Shown: one piece after another, positions 38,644-49,327 of the stretch | How the letters are laid out: every line of letters begins with the position of its first letter | Position numbering within the stretch: the stretch's first letter is position 1 | Assembly (NCBI GenBank): GCA_027061805.1 | Contig: JAMOWA010000007.1 | Location: 658 to 64,657 of the forward strand | Length of the DNA: 64,000 nucleotides | Reading direction: 5' to 3' | Origin: Thermoanaerobaculia bacterium | GTDB lineage: Bacteria; Acidobacteriota; Thermoanaerobaculia; Thermoanaerobaculales; Sulfomarinibacteraceae | Notes under the pieces: generated by a model | Databases searched by the model: none | What the model was told of the DNA's origin: nothing | What the model saw: only the letters and a program-made list of their open reading frames with translations | Position numbers and translations under genes: made by a program

Positions 38644-39653
38644 CTGGCACCTCCCGTCCCGTTGCCCCTGAGGTCCAGCAGCGGCACCATCCCCTGCATG
38701 CTGTCATCCACGATGTAGACCTGGCGGAGCCTCGGCAGGATCTTCCGCATGGTCTCGAGAAACAGGCGTTGCCGCGTCACCTGCGGTGCCTTGCGGTACT
38801 CGGCCAGCTGCTTGAGGAAGAGGGCGGCGTCGCCCTTCGCCTGGTTGATGCGCTCCACCTTCCGGCCCTCCGCCTCCTTGATGGTCTGCTCCGCCTCGCC
38901 CTTCACCCTGTAGATCACCTTGTTGTACTCCTGGTAGGCCTGGTTGATGGCCTGGTCCATCTCCTGCCTGGCGCGGTTCACCTCGTCGAACGAGTCCTTC
39001 ACCGGCGCCGGTGGGTGCACGTCCTGGAGCTGGACAAGCCGCACGGCGATGCCACAGCCGTACTTGTCCAGCAGCTCCTGCATCTGGTCCTTCACCTGGA
39101 GCTCGATCTCCTGCCGGCGGAGCTTGATCACCTCGTTGAAGGACATGTCCCCGACCACCGCCCGCATGGAGGCCTCCGAGACATCCCGGATGGTTCCCAC
39201 CACGCCGCGGACGTTGAAGAGGTAGGCCCGCGGATCCTTGATCCGGTACTGCACGACCCACGTCACGGTGGCGATGTTGAGGTCGCCCGTGAGCATGTCC
39301 GACTCCCCGGTGAAATCGCCCTTGGCGTAGGAGGTCCTCACGCCGGCCCTGGCCGTCCGGAAACCGAACTCCTCCTTGAACTGGTAGTCGGTCTTGACCT
39401 TGAAGACCCTGTCGATGCCGAACGGGGCCTTCAGGTGGGGCCCGGACCCGGCGGTCCCCACGAACTTCCCGAACCGCAGGATGACCCCCGTCTCGTTGGG
39501 CTCCACCTGGTAGTACCCGGTCAGCAGGAAGATCAGCACCACCACGATCCCGATGATCGCCCCGGCACCGCCCTTGAAGGGCAGCTTCGGTATTCTCGAT
39601 CGCTGTTTCTTCATCTCGACGATGATGTCATCGAAGTCGAAGTTGTCCGGCAT
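38640..39653 (-). CDS. hflK: FtsH protease modulator HflK
   Basis: GVILRFGK, MLTGDLNIA, PPAPVKDSFDEV, YRKAPQVTRQRLFLETM. Confidence 0.94.
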   Translation of the reverse strand: MPDNFDFDDIIVEMKKQRSRIPKLPFKGGAGAIIGIVVVLIFLLTGYYQVEPNETGVILRFGKFVGTAGSGPHLKAPFGIDRVFKVKTDYQFKEEFGFRTARAGVRTSYAKGDFTGESDMLTGDLNIATVTWVVQYRIKDPRAYLFNVRGVVGTIRDVSEASMRAVVGDMSFNEVIKLRRQEIELQVKDQMQELLDKYGCGIAVRLVQLQDVHPPAPVKDSFDEVNRARQEMDQAINQAYQEYNKVIYRVKGEAEQTIKEAEGRKVERINQAKGDAALFLKQLAEYRKAPQVTRQRLFLETMRKILPRLRQVYIVDDSMQGMVPLLDLRGNGTGGAR

Positions 39654-39825
39654 CACGTCACCTCCCATCCCCGTCGCCGGGGCCTCGTTCGATCCCCCGT
39701 CCCGTGGACCCTACGCATGGCATTGTACCCGTGTTCCCCGCCGCCCCATCGCCACCCGGGGATCTTCCCCTCCTCCGGGGAACGGGACAAGGCGGCAGAG
39801 GCCAGGGGCCCAGGGGCCGGCGGGA

Positions 39826-40485
39826 TCACCCCAGCCTCTGCCTCACCAGCTTGAGGTCCTCCCACACCAGGGCCTTGTCCCGGGCGTTCCGCAGCAGGTA
39901 GGCGGGATGGTAGGTGGCCAGGAGGGGGATGCCCCGGTAGGAGGCCCAGCGGCCCCGCAGCGCCTTCATGGGCTTGGTGGTGCCCGCGAGGCGGTTGGCG
40001 GCCACCTTGCCCAGGGCCACGATGATCTCGGGACGGATGAGCTCGATCTGGCGATCCAGGAAGGGGGCGCAGGCCGCCATCTCGGTCTCCTGGGGGTTCC
40101 GGTTGCCGGGGGGACGGCACTTGACCACGTTGGCGATGTAGACCTGCGACCGGGTGAGCCCCAGGGCGATGATCATGCCATCGAGCAGCTGGCCCGCCTG
40201 GCCCACGAAGGGCCGGCCCGTGCGGTCCTCCTCCGCCCCGGGGCCCTCCCCCACGAACATGAGCCGGGCCTCCGGGTCGCCCTCGCCGAACACGACGTTC
40301 CGGCGTCCCCGGGCGAGGCCGCACCGGGTGCAGCCCTCGAGGAGGGCCGCCAGCTCCTCCAGGGACCCGGCCTCCGCCGGTGAGGAGCCCTTCCCCGGGA
40401 CACCGCTCCCTGCGGATTCCGGTGGATCCGGTGGATCCCTCCAGCCGAGTTCCGCCGTGTACCGGAGCAGGTCGCGCCGCTTCAC
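39826..40485 (-). CDS. Family 4 uracil-DNA glycosylase
   Basis: CTRC, VGEGPGAEED, PFVGQAG, NVVKCRPP, TYHPAYLLR. Confidence 0.95.
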   Translation of the reverse strand: MKRRDLLRYTAELGWRDPPDPPESAGSGVPGKGSSPAEAGSLEELAALLEGCTRCGLARGRRNVVFGEGDPEARLMFVGEGPGAEEDRTGRPFVGQAGQLLDGMIIALGLTRSQVYIANVVKCRPPGNRNPQETEMAACAPFLDRQIELIRPEIIVALGKVAANRLAGTTKPMKALRGRWASYRGIPLLATYHPAYLLRNARDKALVWEDLKLVRQRLG

Positions 40486-41687
40486 CGACCGCCGGTCCTC
40501 TCCAGGATCTCCCCCGCCAGGGCCAGCAGGATCTCCCGGGCGACGGCCTCCTTGGGAGCTCGCGGAACGGCCCGCTCTCCACCGGAAGCCGTGATCACGG
40601 TGACCGCGTTGTCGGCGGCCTCCATGCCGAGGCCCTCCGCCGTGATGTCGTTGAGCACCACGGCGTCGGCCCCCTTGGTGCGCATCTTGGCCGAGGCCCG
40701 GTCCCGGTCCTCACCGGCCTCCGCCGCGAAGACCACCAGGTACGGCCGGTCCTCCCGGGCGCCCAGCGCCGCGGCGAGGTCCGGCACGGGTTCGAGCTCC
40801 AGCGTTCCCCCACCCTCCCGGCGGTCCATCTTGCCCTCCACGGGACGGACGGGGCAGAAGTCGGCCACCGCAGCCACCAGGAAGGCCGCATCGTGCCGGG
40901 GTGCCATGCGCTCCAGGGCCGCACCCATCTCGGCGGCCGTCTCCACGCGGTGGCACGCCACGCCGAGGGGACGGGGCACGCCAAGGGGGCCGTGGAGCAG
41001 GGTCACCCTCGCGCCCAGATCGGCGGCAGCCTGGGCCAGCGCCACCCCCATGCGCCCGGAGGACCGGTTGGTGAGCACCCGCACCAGGTCCACCGGCTCC
41101 CGTGTGGGTCCCGCCGTCACCAGGATCCCGAGCCCCGCCAGGGGCCCGCGCCGGGGCAGCAGCCGGAGCGAGGCGTCCACGATGCGCTCCGGATCGGCCA
41201 GACGCCCCTCGCCCTCGTCACCACAGGCCAGCTCGCCGGACCCCGGTTCCACCACGTGGGCACCGCGCTCCCGCAACACGGACAGGGCCTGCCGGACCGC
41301 GGGACTGGTCCACATGACCGTGTTCATGGCCGGGGCCAGCAGCAGGTCCCCCCGGTGGGCCAGGGCGTAGGTGGTGAGGGCGTCGTCGGCCACGCCCGCC
41401 GCCAGCTTGGCGAGGATGTTGGCCGTGGCGGGGGCGATCAGGAGCAGGTCGGCCCAGCGGGACAGCTCCACGTGGTCGACACCGGGCTCGGTGGGGCGGG
41501 ACCACTGGTCCACCTCCACGGGATGTCCGGACAGGACCGCGAAGGTCCGGGGGTGGACGAACTCCGTGGCGTGGCGGGTCATGATCACCCGCACCCCGGA
41601 GCCCCGCCGGACGAGGGACCTCAGGATCTCCACCGACTTGTAGGCGGCGATGCCCCCGCTGACGCCGAGGACCACGTGGCCGCCCAC
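40482..41687 (-). CDS. coaBC: Bifunctional phosphopantothenoylcysteine decarboxylase/synthetase
   Basis: GVSGGIAAYK, APATAN, APAMN, TAGPTRE, NRSSGRMG, FAAE. Confidence 0.96.
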   Translation of the reverse strand: MGGHVVLGVSGGIAAYKSVEILRSLVRRGSGVRVIMTRHATEFVHPRTFAVLSGHPVEVDQWSRPTEPGVDHVELSRWADLLLIAPATANILAKLAAGVADDALTTYALAHRGDLLLAPAMNTVMWTSPAVRQALSVLRERGAHVVEPGSGELACGDEGEGRLADPERIVDASLRLLPRRGPLAGLGILVTAGPTREPVDLVRVLTNRSSGRMGVALAQAAADLGARVTLLHGPLGVPRPLGVACHRVETAAEMGAALERMAPRHDAAFLVAAVADFCPVRPVEGKMDRREGGGTLELEPVPDLAAALGAREDRPYLVVFAAEAGEDRDRASAKMRTKGADAVVLNDITAEGLGMEAADNAVTVITASGGERAVPRAPKEAVAREILLALAGEILERTGGR

Positions 41688-41693
41688 GGGGTC

Positions 41694-42197
41694 CTACTCC
41701 GTACCGTCGTCCGACGGCTCGGCCCCCGCAGCCTCCTCCCCGGACTCCCCTTCGTCCGCGTCCGGAGTCTCCTCCCCATCGGACGCCTCACCAGATCCCG
41801 TCAGGCCGAGGCCCAGGAGATGGCGCAGGCGGGCGAGCTCCTCGTCGCCCTCGCCCCCCTCGTCCCCCTCGGCCGCCACGGGGACCGGGGCCGGCTCGGC
41901 GGACGGGCCCGTGGGCAGCACGTCGGGCAGCGGCCGCTCGGGGGCGCCCTCGGGCTCCGCGCCCATCTCGGCCCGCAGCTGCTCCACCATGGCCTGGCGC
42001 TGGGCCTCCAGCTCCTCCAGGGTGAGCACGCGCCACGTGACCAGGCCGGCGTCCACCTCGTCCTTGGCGATGAGCGTGGGCTTGAAGTGGCGGCTCTCCA
42101 TGCGGGGGCGGGCCCCCTGGATGAGCTGCTCGGCTCTCTGGGAGACCACGATGATGTAGCGGAAGATGGAATCGAACCCTTCAGGTAGCGTGATCAT
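41694..42197 (-). CDS. rpoZ: RNA polymerase omega subunit with long acidic C-terminal extension
   Basis: DSIFRYIIVVSQRAEQLIQGA...KPTLIAKDEV; lies between gmk and coaBC. Confidence 0.9.
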   Translation of the reverse strand: MITLPEGFDSIFRYIIVVSQRAEQLIQGARPRMESRHFKPTLIAKDEVDAGLVTWRVLTLEELEAQRQAMVEQLRAEMGAEPEGAPERPLPDVLPTGPSAEPAPVPVAAEGDEGGEGDEELARLRHLLGLGLTGSGEASDGEETPDADEGESGEEAAGAEPSDDGTE

Positions 42198-42844
42198 TCG
42201 GTGAGATCCTCCTCCAGGGAGGCGGCAAAGGCCTCCCGGATCGTGTCCAGGCGGGGCTTCATGCGGGCCAGCCGGTGATGCTCGGCGGTGCAGATGCCGA
42301 ACATGTCCTCCACCGCCCTCTCGAGCCGGTCGTTGATGATAGCATAGTCGAAGTCCCCCACGTAGCCGAACTCCTTGAGCGCCAGCTGCAAGCGGCGCCG
42401 GATGGCCTCCGGGGGATCCTGCCGCCGCTTCCTCAGACGGTCCTTCAACACCTCGTACGATGGGGGGAAGATGAACACCTTCACGGCCTCGGGGATGGAG
42501 GTCTTCACCTGCTGGGCACCCTGCACGTCGATGTCCAGGAACACGTCGACCCCCCGCTCCAGCCGCCCCGCCACCTCCGCCCGCGAGGTCCCGTAGAGGT
42601 TCCCCGCGTACTCGGCCCACTCCAGGAACTCCCCCCGGGCCACCATGGCCTCGAAGGTCTCGCGGTCCACGAAGTGATAGTCGCGGCCGTCCTGCTCGGT
42701 GGGACGCGGCGACCGGGTGGTGTGGGACACCGAGAAGTAGCAGGGCCGGCCCCACGCCTCGAGCCGCTCCATGGTGGCCTTGATGATGGTGGTCTTCCCG
42801 CCCCCCGAGGGCGAGGACACGATGAAGAGGATCCCCTCGTCCAC
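42194..42844 (-). CDS. gmk: Guanylate kinase
   Basis: SSPSGGGKTT, SVSHTTRSPR, DYHFV, FLEWA...YGT. Confidence 0.97.
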   Translation of the reverse strand: MDEGILFIVSSPSGGGKTTIIKATMERLEAWGRPCYFSVSHTTRSPRPTEQDGRDYHFVDRETFEAMVARGEFLEWAEYAGNLYGTSRAEVAGRLERGVDVFLDIDVQGAQQVKTSIPEAVKVFIFPPSYEVLKDRLRKRRQDPPEAIRRRLQLALKEFGYVGDFDYAIINDRLERAVEDMFGICTAEHHRLARMKPRLDTIREAFAASLEEDLTE

Positions 42845-43498
42845 TCAGCTCACCTCGCGGAACTTCTCGAGGTCGTCCCTGGCCCCCAGCACCACCAGGA
42901 CGTCCGAGTCCTTGAGCACGTCGCCCGCCTGGGGCATGAGGTTCAGGGTGTCGGTGAGGGCGTCCCGGATGGCCACCACCTGGACCCGGTACCGGTTCCG
43001 GATGCGGAGGTCCTGCAGCGTCTTGCCGATGAACGACGCCGGAACCGAGACCTCCATGACGGAGTACTCGGGCCCCAGGGCCACGTAGTCCAGGAGGTTC
43101 GGGTGGGTGAGGCGATCGGCAAGACGCAGGGCCATGTCCCGCTCCGGGTTGATCACCTCGTCGATACCGATGGCCTCGAGGATCCTGCCGTGGTCCGGGG
43201 ATACCGCCCTGGCGATCACCGTGACCCCCATCTCCTTGAGGTAGAAGGCCGCCAGCGTGGAGGCCTCCAGGTTCTCGCCCACCGAGATCACCGCCACGTC
43301 CACGTCCTTCAGGCCCAGCGCCTTGAGGCGTTCCTTGTCCCGCACGTCCAGCACCACGGCCTGCGTGGCGCCGTCGCGCATGGCCTGGACCAGCTCGGGG
43401 TCCACGTCGATGCCGATCACCTCGTGCCCCTTCTGGTAGAGCGAACGGGCCAGGGTCGAGCCGAAGCGGCCCAGCCCGATGACGGCGAATCGGCTCAT
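42845..43498 (-). CDS. ktrA: KtrA/TrkA-family RCK potassium uptake regulatory subunit
   Basis: FAVIGLGRFG, INPERDMA, C-terminal RCK_C domain. Confidence 0.9.
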   Translation of the reverse strand: MSRFAVIGLGRFGSTLARSLYQKGHEVIGIDVDPELVQAMRDGATQAVVLDVRDKERLKALGLKDVDVAVISVGENLEASTLAAFYLKEMGVTVIARAVSPDHGRILEAIGIDEVINPERDMALRLADRLTHPNLLDYVALGPEYSVMEVSVPASFIGKTLQDLRIRNRYRVQVVAIRDALTDTLNLMPQAGDVLKDSDVLVVLGARDDLEKFREVS

Positions 43499-43500
43499 GG

Positions 43501-46221
43501 TCAGCCCCCCCTGGGGTGGTTGATCTGGGCGTGGGCCGCCGCCAGCCGGGCGATGGGCACCCGGTACGGCGAACAGCTCACGTAGTCCATGCCCACCAGG
43601 TGGCAGAACTCCACGGAGGAGGGCTCGCCACCGTGCTCGCCGCAGATGCCCACCTTGAGGCCCGGCCGCACGCTGCGTCCCTTCGTGATCCCCATCTCCA
43701 CCAGCCGGCCCACGCTGTCACGGTCCAGTACCTGGAAGGGGTCCACCGTCAGGATCTTCCTGTCCAGGTAGTCGGGCATGAAGCCGCCGATGTCGTCCCT
43801 GGAGAAGCCGAAGGTCATCTGGGTGAGGTCGTTGGTACCGAAGGAGAAGAACTCGGCCACCGAGGCGATCTCGTCGGCCGTGAGACACGCCCTCGGGATC
43901 TCGATCATCGTCCCGTAGAGGTGCTCCACCGTCTCGACCCCGTGGGCCTCCGCCACCTCGGCGTGGACCTTCCGGAGCAGTTCGAGCTGGAGCTCGAGCT
44001 CGGCCTTCAGGGCCACCACCGGCACCATGATCTCCGGGTGGACCTCCAGGCCCTCCTTCCGGAGCTCGGCGGCCGCCTCCAGGATCGCCCGGAACTGCAT
44101 CTCGGAGATCTCGGGGAAGGTCACGCCCAGGCGCACGCCCCGGTGCCCCATCATGGGGTTGTTCTCGTGGAGCTCGTCGGCCCGCCGCTCCAGCTCCTCC
44201 GCGGAGATGCCCAGGGCCGCGGCCAGCTTCGCCCGCTCCTCGGAGCTCACGGGAACGAACTCGTGGAGGGGCGGGTCCAGCAGCCGGATGGTCACCGGGC
44301 GTGGGGCCATCACCTCGAGGGTGGCCTTGATGTCCCGCTTCACGTGGGGGTAGAGCTCGGCCAGCGCCTCCCTCCGGGTCTCCTCGCCGTCGGACATGAT
44401 CATCTTGCGGAGCAGGAAGAGCGGCTCCTCGGAGCCCGCGCCGTAGAACATGTGCTCCGTCCGGAACAGCCCGATGCCCTCGGCGCCGAACTCGAGTGCG
44501 GTGCGGGCGTCCTCGGGGGTGTCGGCGTTGGTGCGCACACCCAGCACCCGGAAGCCGTCGGCCATGGTCATGAACTGCTGGAAGCGGGGGTTCTCCGTGG
44601 CGTCGATCATGGGCAGCTCGCCCTCGTACACCAGGCCCCGCGTGCCGTTGAGGGTGAACACGTCGCCCTCGCGGAAGACCTTGCCGTCCACGCTGACGGT
44701 CCTTGCGGCCAGGTCGATGTCCAGGGCGCCGGCGCCCACGATGCAGCACTTGCCCCAGCCCCGGGCCACCAGCGCCGCGTGGGAGGTCATGCCGCCCCTC
44801 GCCGTGAGGATGCCCACGGCGGCCCGCATCCCCTCCACGTCCTCGGGGTTGGTCTCCTCCCGCAGCAGGATCACCTGCTTCCCCTGCTTCGCCCAGGCCA
44901 CGGCGTCCTCGGCCGTGAACACGATCTGGCCGGTGGCACCACCGGGACCGGCGGGGAGGCCCTTGGCGATGGGCTTCACCGCGGCCTCGGCCTGCGGGTC
45001 CACGATGGGGTGGAGCAGCTCGTCCAGCTGGTCGGGCCGCACCCGCAGCACGGCGGTGGGCTCGTCGATCAGGCCCTCGGCCAGCATGTCCATGGCCATG
45101 TTGAGCGCCGCGGTGCCCGTCCGTTTCCCCGTCCGGGTCTGGAGCATCCAGAGGCGGCCCTCCTGGATGGTGAACTCGATGTCCTGCATGTCCCGGTAGT
45201 GGTGCTCCAGGGTGTTCCGGATCTCCACCAGCTCCCGGTAGACCTCGGGCATGGCCACCTCCAGCGAGGGCAGGTGGCGGTTCTGGTCATTCTTGGTCTC
45301 CTCGTTGAGCGGGTTGGGGGTCCGGATCCCGGCCACCACGTCCTCGCCCTGGGCGTTGGGGAGCCACTCGCCGTAGAACTTGTTCTCGCCCGTGGCGGGG
45401 TTGCGGGTGAAGGCCACGCCCGTGGCGGAGCTCTCGCCCATGTTCCCGAAGACCATGGCCTGCACGTTCACCGCGGTGCCCCACTCGTCGGGAATCCCCT
45501 CGATGCGGCGGTAGGCCACGGCACGCCGGCCGTTCCACGAGGAGAAGACCGCGCCGATGCCACCCCAGAGCTGGTCGAAGGGATCGTCAGGGAACTCCTT
45601 CCCCAGCACCTCGCGGACCCGGATCTTGAAGCGGTCCACCAGCTCCCGGAGCTCCTCCTCCGTGAGGTCGGCGTCGCTGGCGTAGCCCCTCGCCTCCTTG
45701 ACCTCGTGAAGCATCCGGTCCAGCTGCTGGCGGATCCCCTGCCCCTCCTCCGGCTCGATGCCCGCCGCCTTCTCCATGACCACATCGGCGTACATCATGA
45801 TGAGGCGCCGGTAGGCATCGTAGACGAAGCGGGGGTTCCCCGTCCTGGCGATGAGGCCGGGGATCGTGGCCGAGCAGAGGCCCACGTTGAGCACCGTCTC
45901 CATCATGCCGGGCATGGACTGCCGGGCGCCGGAGCGGACCGACACCAGGAGAGGGTTCTCCGGGTCCCCGAAGCGGGAGCCCATGACCTCCTCCACCCGG
46001 GCCAGGGCGGACTCCACCTCGGCCTTCAGGGACTCGGGATAGGTCTGGCCGTGCTCGTAGAACCAGGTACACACCTCGGTGGTGATGGTGAAACCGGCGG
46101 GCACGGGAATGCCCAGGCCCGCCATCTCGGCGAGGTTGGCACCCTTGCCGCCCAGCAGGTCCTTCATCCCGGAGTTGCCCTCCGCCGATCCGCCACCGAA
46201 AAAGTACACGTACTTGCTCAT
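43501..46221 (-). CDS. ppdK: Pyruvate, phosphate dikinase
   Basis: LLGGKGANLAEM, VSVRSGA, GGMTSHAA, GLFRTEHMF, FSFGTNDLTQ, GICGEHGG. Confidence 0.98.
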   Translation of the reverse strand: MSKYVYFFGGGSAEGNSGMKDLLGGKGANLAEMAGLGIPVPAGFTITTEVCTWFYEHGQTYPESLKAEVESALARVEEVMGSRFGDPENPLLVSVRSGARQSMPGMMETVLNVGLCSATIPGLIARTGNPRFVYDAYRRLIMMYADVVMEKAAGIEPEEGQGIRQQLDRMLHEVKEARGYASDADLTEEELRELVDRFKIRVREVLGKEFPDDPFDQLWGGIGAVFSSWNGRRAVAYRRIEGIPDEWGTAVNVQAMVFGNMGESSATGVAFTRNPATGENKFYGEWLPNAQGEDVVAGIRTPNPLNEETKNDQNRHLPSLEVAMPEVYRELVEIRNTLEHHYRDMQDIEFTIQEGRLWMLQTRTGKRTGTAALNMAMDMLAEGLIDEPTAVLRVRPDQLDELLHPIVDPQAEAAVKPIAKGLPAGPGGATGQIVFTAEDAVAWAKQGKQVILLREETNPEDVEGMRAAVGILTARGGMTSHAALVARGWGKCCIVGAGALDIDLAARTVSVDGKVFREGDVFTLNGTRGLVYEGELPMIDATENPRFQQFMTMADGFRVLGVRTNADTPEDARTALEFGAEGIGLFRTEHMFYGAGSEEPLFLLRKMIMSDGEETRREALAELYPHVKRDIKATLEVMAPRPVTIRLLDPPLHEFVPVSSEERAKLAAALGISAEELERRADELHENNPMMGHRGVRLGVTFPEISEMQFRAILEAAAELRKEGLEVHPEIMVPVVALKAELELQLELLRKVHAEVAEAHGVETVEHLYGTMIEIPRACLTADEIASVAEFFSFGTNDLTQMTFGFSRDDIGGFMPDYLDRKILTVDPFQVLDRDSVGRLVEMGITKGRSVRPGLKVGICGEHGGEPSSVEFCHLVGMDYVSCSPYRVPIARLAAAHAQINHPRGG

Positions 46222-48301
46222 TGCTCGCCTCCTTCGACATGGAGCCTGGAAAGGTCCGCCAGGGTCAGGAAGTCCCGACCAAGTTGCTTGAGAAGGGCGA
46301 TCCGATTCGCCCGGATGGACTCGTCCTCGGCCATGACGAGGACGTCGATGAAGAACCTGTCGAGCACCTCCGCCAGCCGTCCCATGGCGGCGAAGGCCTC
46401 CTCCACCCGCCCCGCGGCGAGCTCGGTCTCGAGTATCCCGTGGAAGGCCGCGGCCTCGCGGTGGAGCTCCCGTTCGGCCTCCTCCCGGAACAGGGCCGGG
46501 TCGACGCCGGCGTCGGGCTGTCCCCCGGTGATGTTGCGGACCCGCTTGAAGGCCAGGGCCAGCGCCAGGAACTCCGGACGGCCCCGCACGGCCTCCAGCG
46601 CCCGGGCCCGCACGGCCAGCGAGGGCAGCCGGGTCCATCCGGCGCCCATCACCGCGTCGGCAGTGTCGCCGGCCACACCCACCAGCTCCACCAGCCAGCG
46701 CCGCACCCGGTCGGCCAGGAAGGCCTCGAGCTGCTCCCGGACCACAGCGGGATCGGCCCCGCCCAGCGGTGCCGTGGCCTCCACGGCCCGGCCCAGCGCC
46801 TCGCCCAGGTCCACCTCCCAGCCGGATTCCGCGACGATCCTCACCAGGGCCTGGGCCGCCCGCCGGAGCCCGAAGGGATCGCGGGAGCCCGTGGGGATCT
46901 CTCCCACGGCGAAGAGTCCCGCCAGGGTGTCCAGCCGGTCGGCGGCTCCCACGAGCCGGCCCACCTCGGACTCCGGGATCGGGCCCTCGAAGCCCGTGGG
47001 AAGGTAATGGTCGCGGGCCGCCGTCCAGATCTCCTCCGGTTCGCCCGCCAGGCGCAGGTAGTGGCCGCCCATGATCCCCTGGAGCTCCGGGAACTCGCCC
47101 ACCATGTTGGTCACCAGGTCGGCCTTCACCAGGGCCGCAGCCCTCTCGACCGTGCCGGGATCCGCGGCGGCGCCCACCTCACCGGCAAGCCACGCGGCGA
47201 GCTTCCCGGCCCGGCGCGCCTTCTCGCCCAGGGACCCCAGCGTGCGGTGGAACTCCAGGCGGTCCAGCTCGGGCACGAGCTCCGCCAGCGGCCGCTTGAG
47301 GTCCTCGGCGAAGAAGAAGCCCGCGTCGGCCAGCCGCGCACCGATCACCCACTCGTTGCCCTGCCGGATCAGGCCCTCGGGGTCGTCGGCCCTGTCGATG
47401 ACCGCCAGGAAGTGCGGTGCCAGGGCGCCCTCCGCGTCCTCCAGGATCAGGCACTTCTGGTGGTGGCGGAGCGTGGTCACCACCACCTCGGGTGGCAGCT
47501 CCAGGAAGCGCCCGGCGATCCTGCCGCGTACCAGCTCGGGGTACTCCACAAGCTCCACATGCTCGGCCACCAGCGCCTCGTCGGGGTGCACCGTGCAGCC
47601 CACCTCGGCGGCCAGCTCCGCCGCCCGTGCCTCCAGCCGGCGGCGCCGCTCGGCGGGATCCACGATCACGAGGCGCCGCCCGAGCTCCGCGGCGTACTCC
47701 CCGGGTGACGGGATCTCGAAGGGTTCCGGGGCGTGCACCCGGTGGCCCACCGTGCTGCGGCCGGCCCGGATCCCGAAGAGCTCGAGGTCCGGCACCTCCC
47801 CGTCCAGCAGCGCCGCCACGCCGTGGACGGGCCGCACGAAGGCGTGGCGGCCCAGGCCCCAGCGCATGGTCTTGGGGAAGTGGAGCCCCGTCACCACCCC
47901 GGGGATCAGCTCCGCCAGGATCGCGCCGGTGGGACGCCCCTCGTGGTGGACCGTGGCCGCCAGGTACTCACCCTTCTCCGTGGCCTCGCGGCGGAGCTCC
48001 TCCACGGGGACCCCCACCTTGCGGGCGAAGCCCTCGGCCGCCTTCGTGGGCCTGCCCTCGCCGTCGAAGGCCACCCGCGCGGGCGGACCCAGGACCGTCT
48101 CCTCCCGGTCCGCCTGCCTCTCCGGAAGGTTGCCCACCAGGACGACGAGACGCCGCGCCGTGGACAGGGCCGTGACGTCGAAGCCCTCGAAGCCCGCGGC
48201 CGCGAGGGCCGCGCCCAGGCGATCCTCCAGCTGCCGCCGGGCGCCCGGCAGGGCGTTGGCGGGAATCTCCTCGGTCCGGATCTCGAGCAGGAGCTCCGCC
48301 A

Positions 48302-48302
<1 letters not shown>
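46218..48302 (-). CDS. glyS: Glycine--tRNA ligase beta subunit
   Basis: LLLEIRTEEIP, FPKTMRW, FVRPVH, EFPELQGIMG, GSRDPFGLRR. Confidence 0.97.
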
Positions 48303-49201
<899 letters not shown>

Positions 49202-49288
49202 GCGAATGCCTCCTACCGGACGGTTCCGAAGAATACCACGTCGCCCCCTCCGGGGCTCCGCAGCCGGGAAGACATCATCCCCGAGAGG

Positions 49289-49322
49289 GCACGGCCGGCC
49301 GGACTCCGCCGGCCGGCCGTGC
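49289..49322 (-). terminator. Perfect 14-bp hairpin after the adhesin stop
   Basis: GCACGGCCGGCCGG-ACTCCG-CCGGCCGGCCGTGC. Confidence 0.55.
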
Positions 49323-49327
49323 GGGCA

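Noticed and set aside
42198-42755. Long N-terminal extension of RpoZ (similar extensions in the ORF track for ppdK, glyS, the permease and the M1 peptidase)
   Set aside because: Overlaps upstream genes; homology starts at downstream, translationally coupled start codons
43516-47007. 1163-aa plus-strand ORF
   Set aside because: Antisense to ppdK/glyS; typical high-GC artefact
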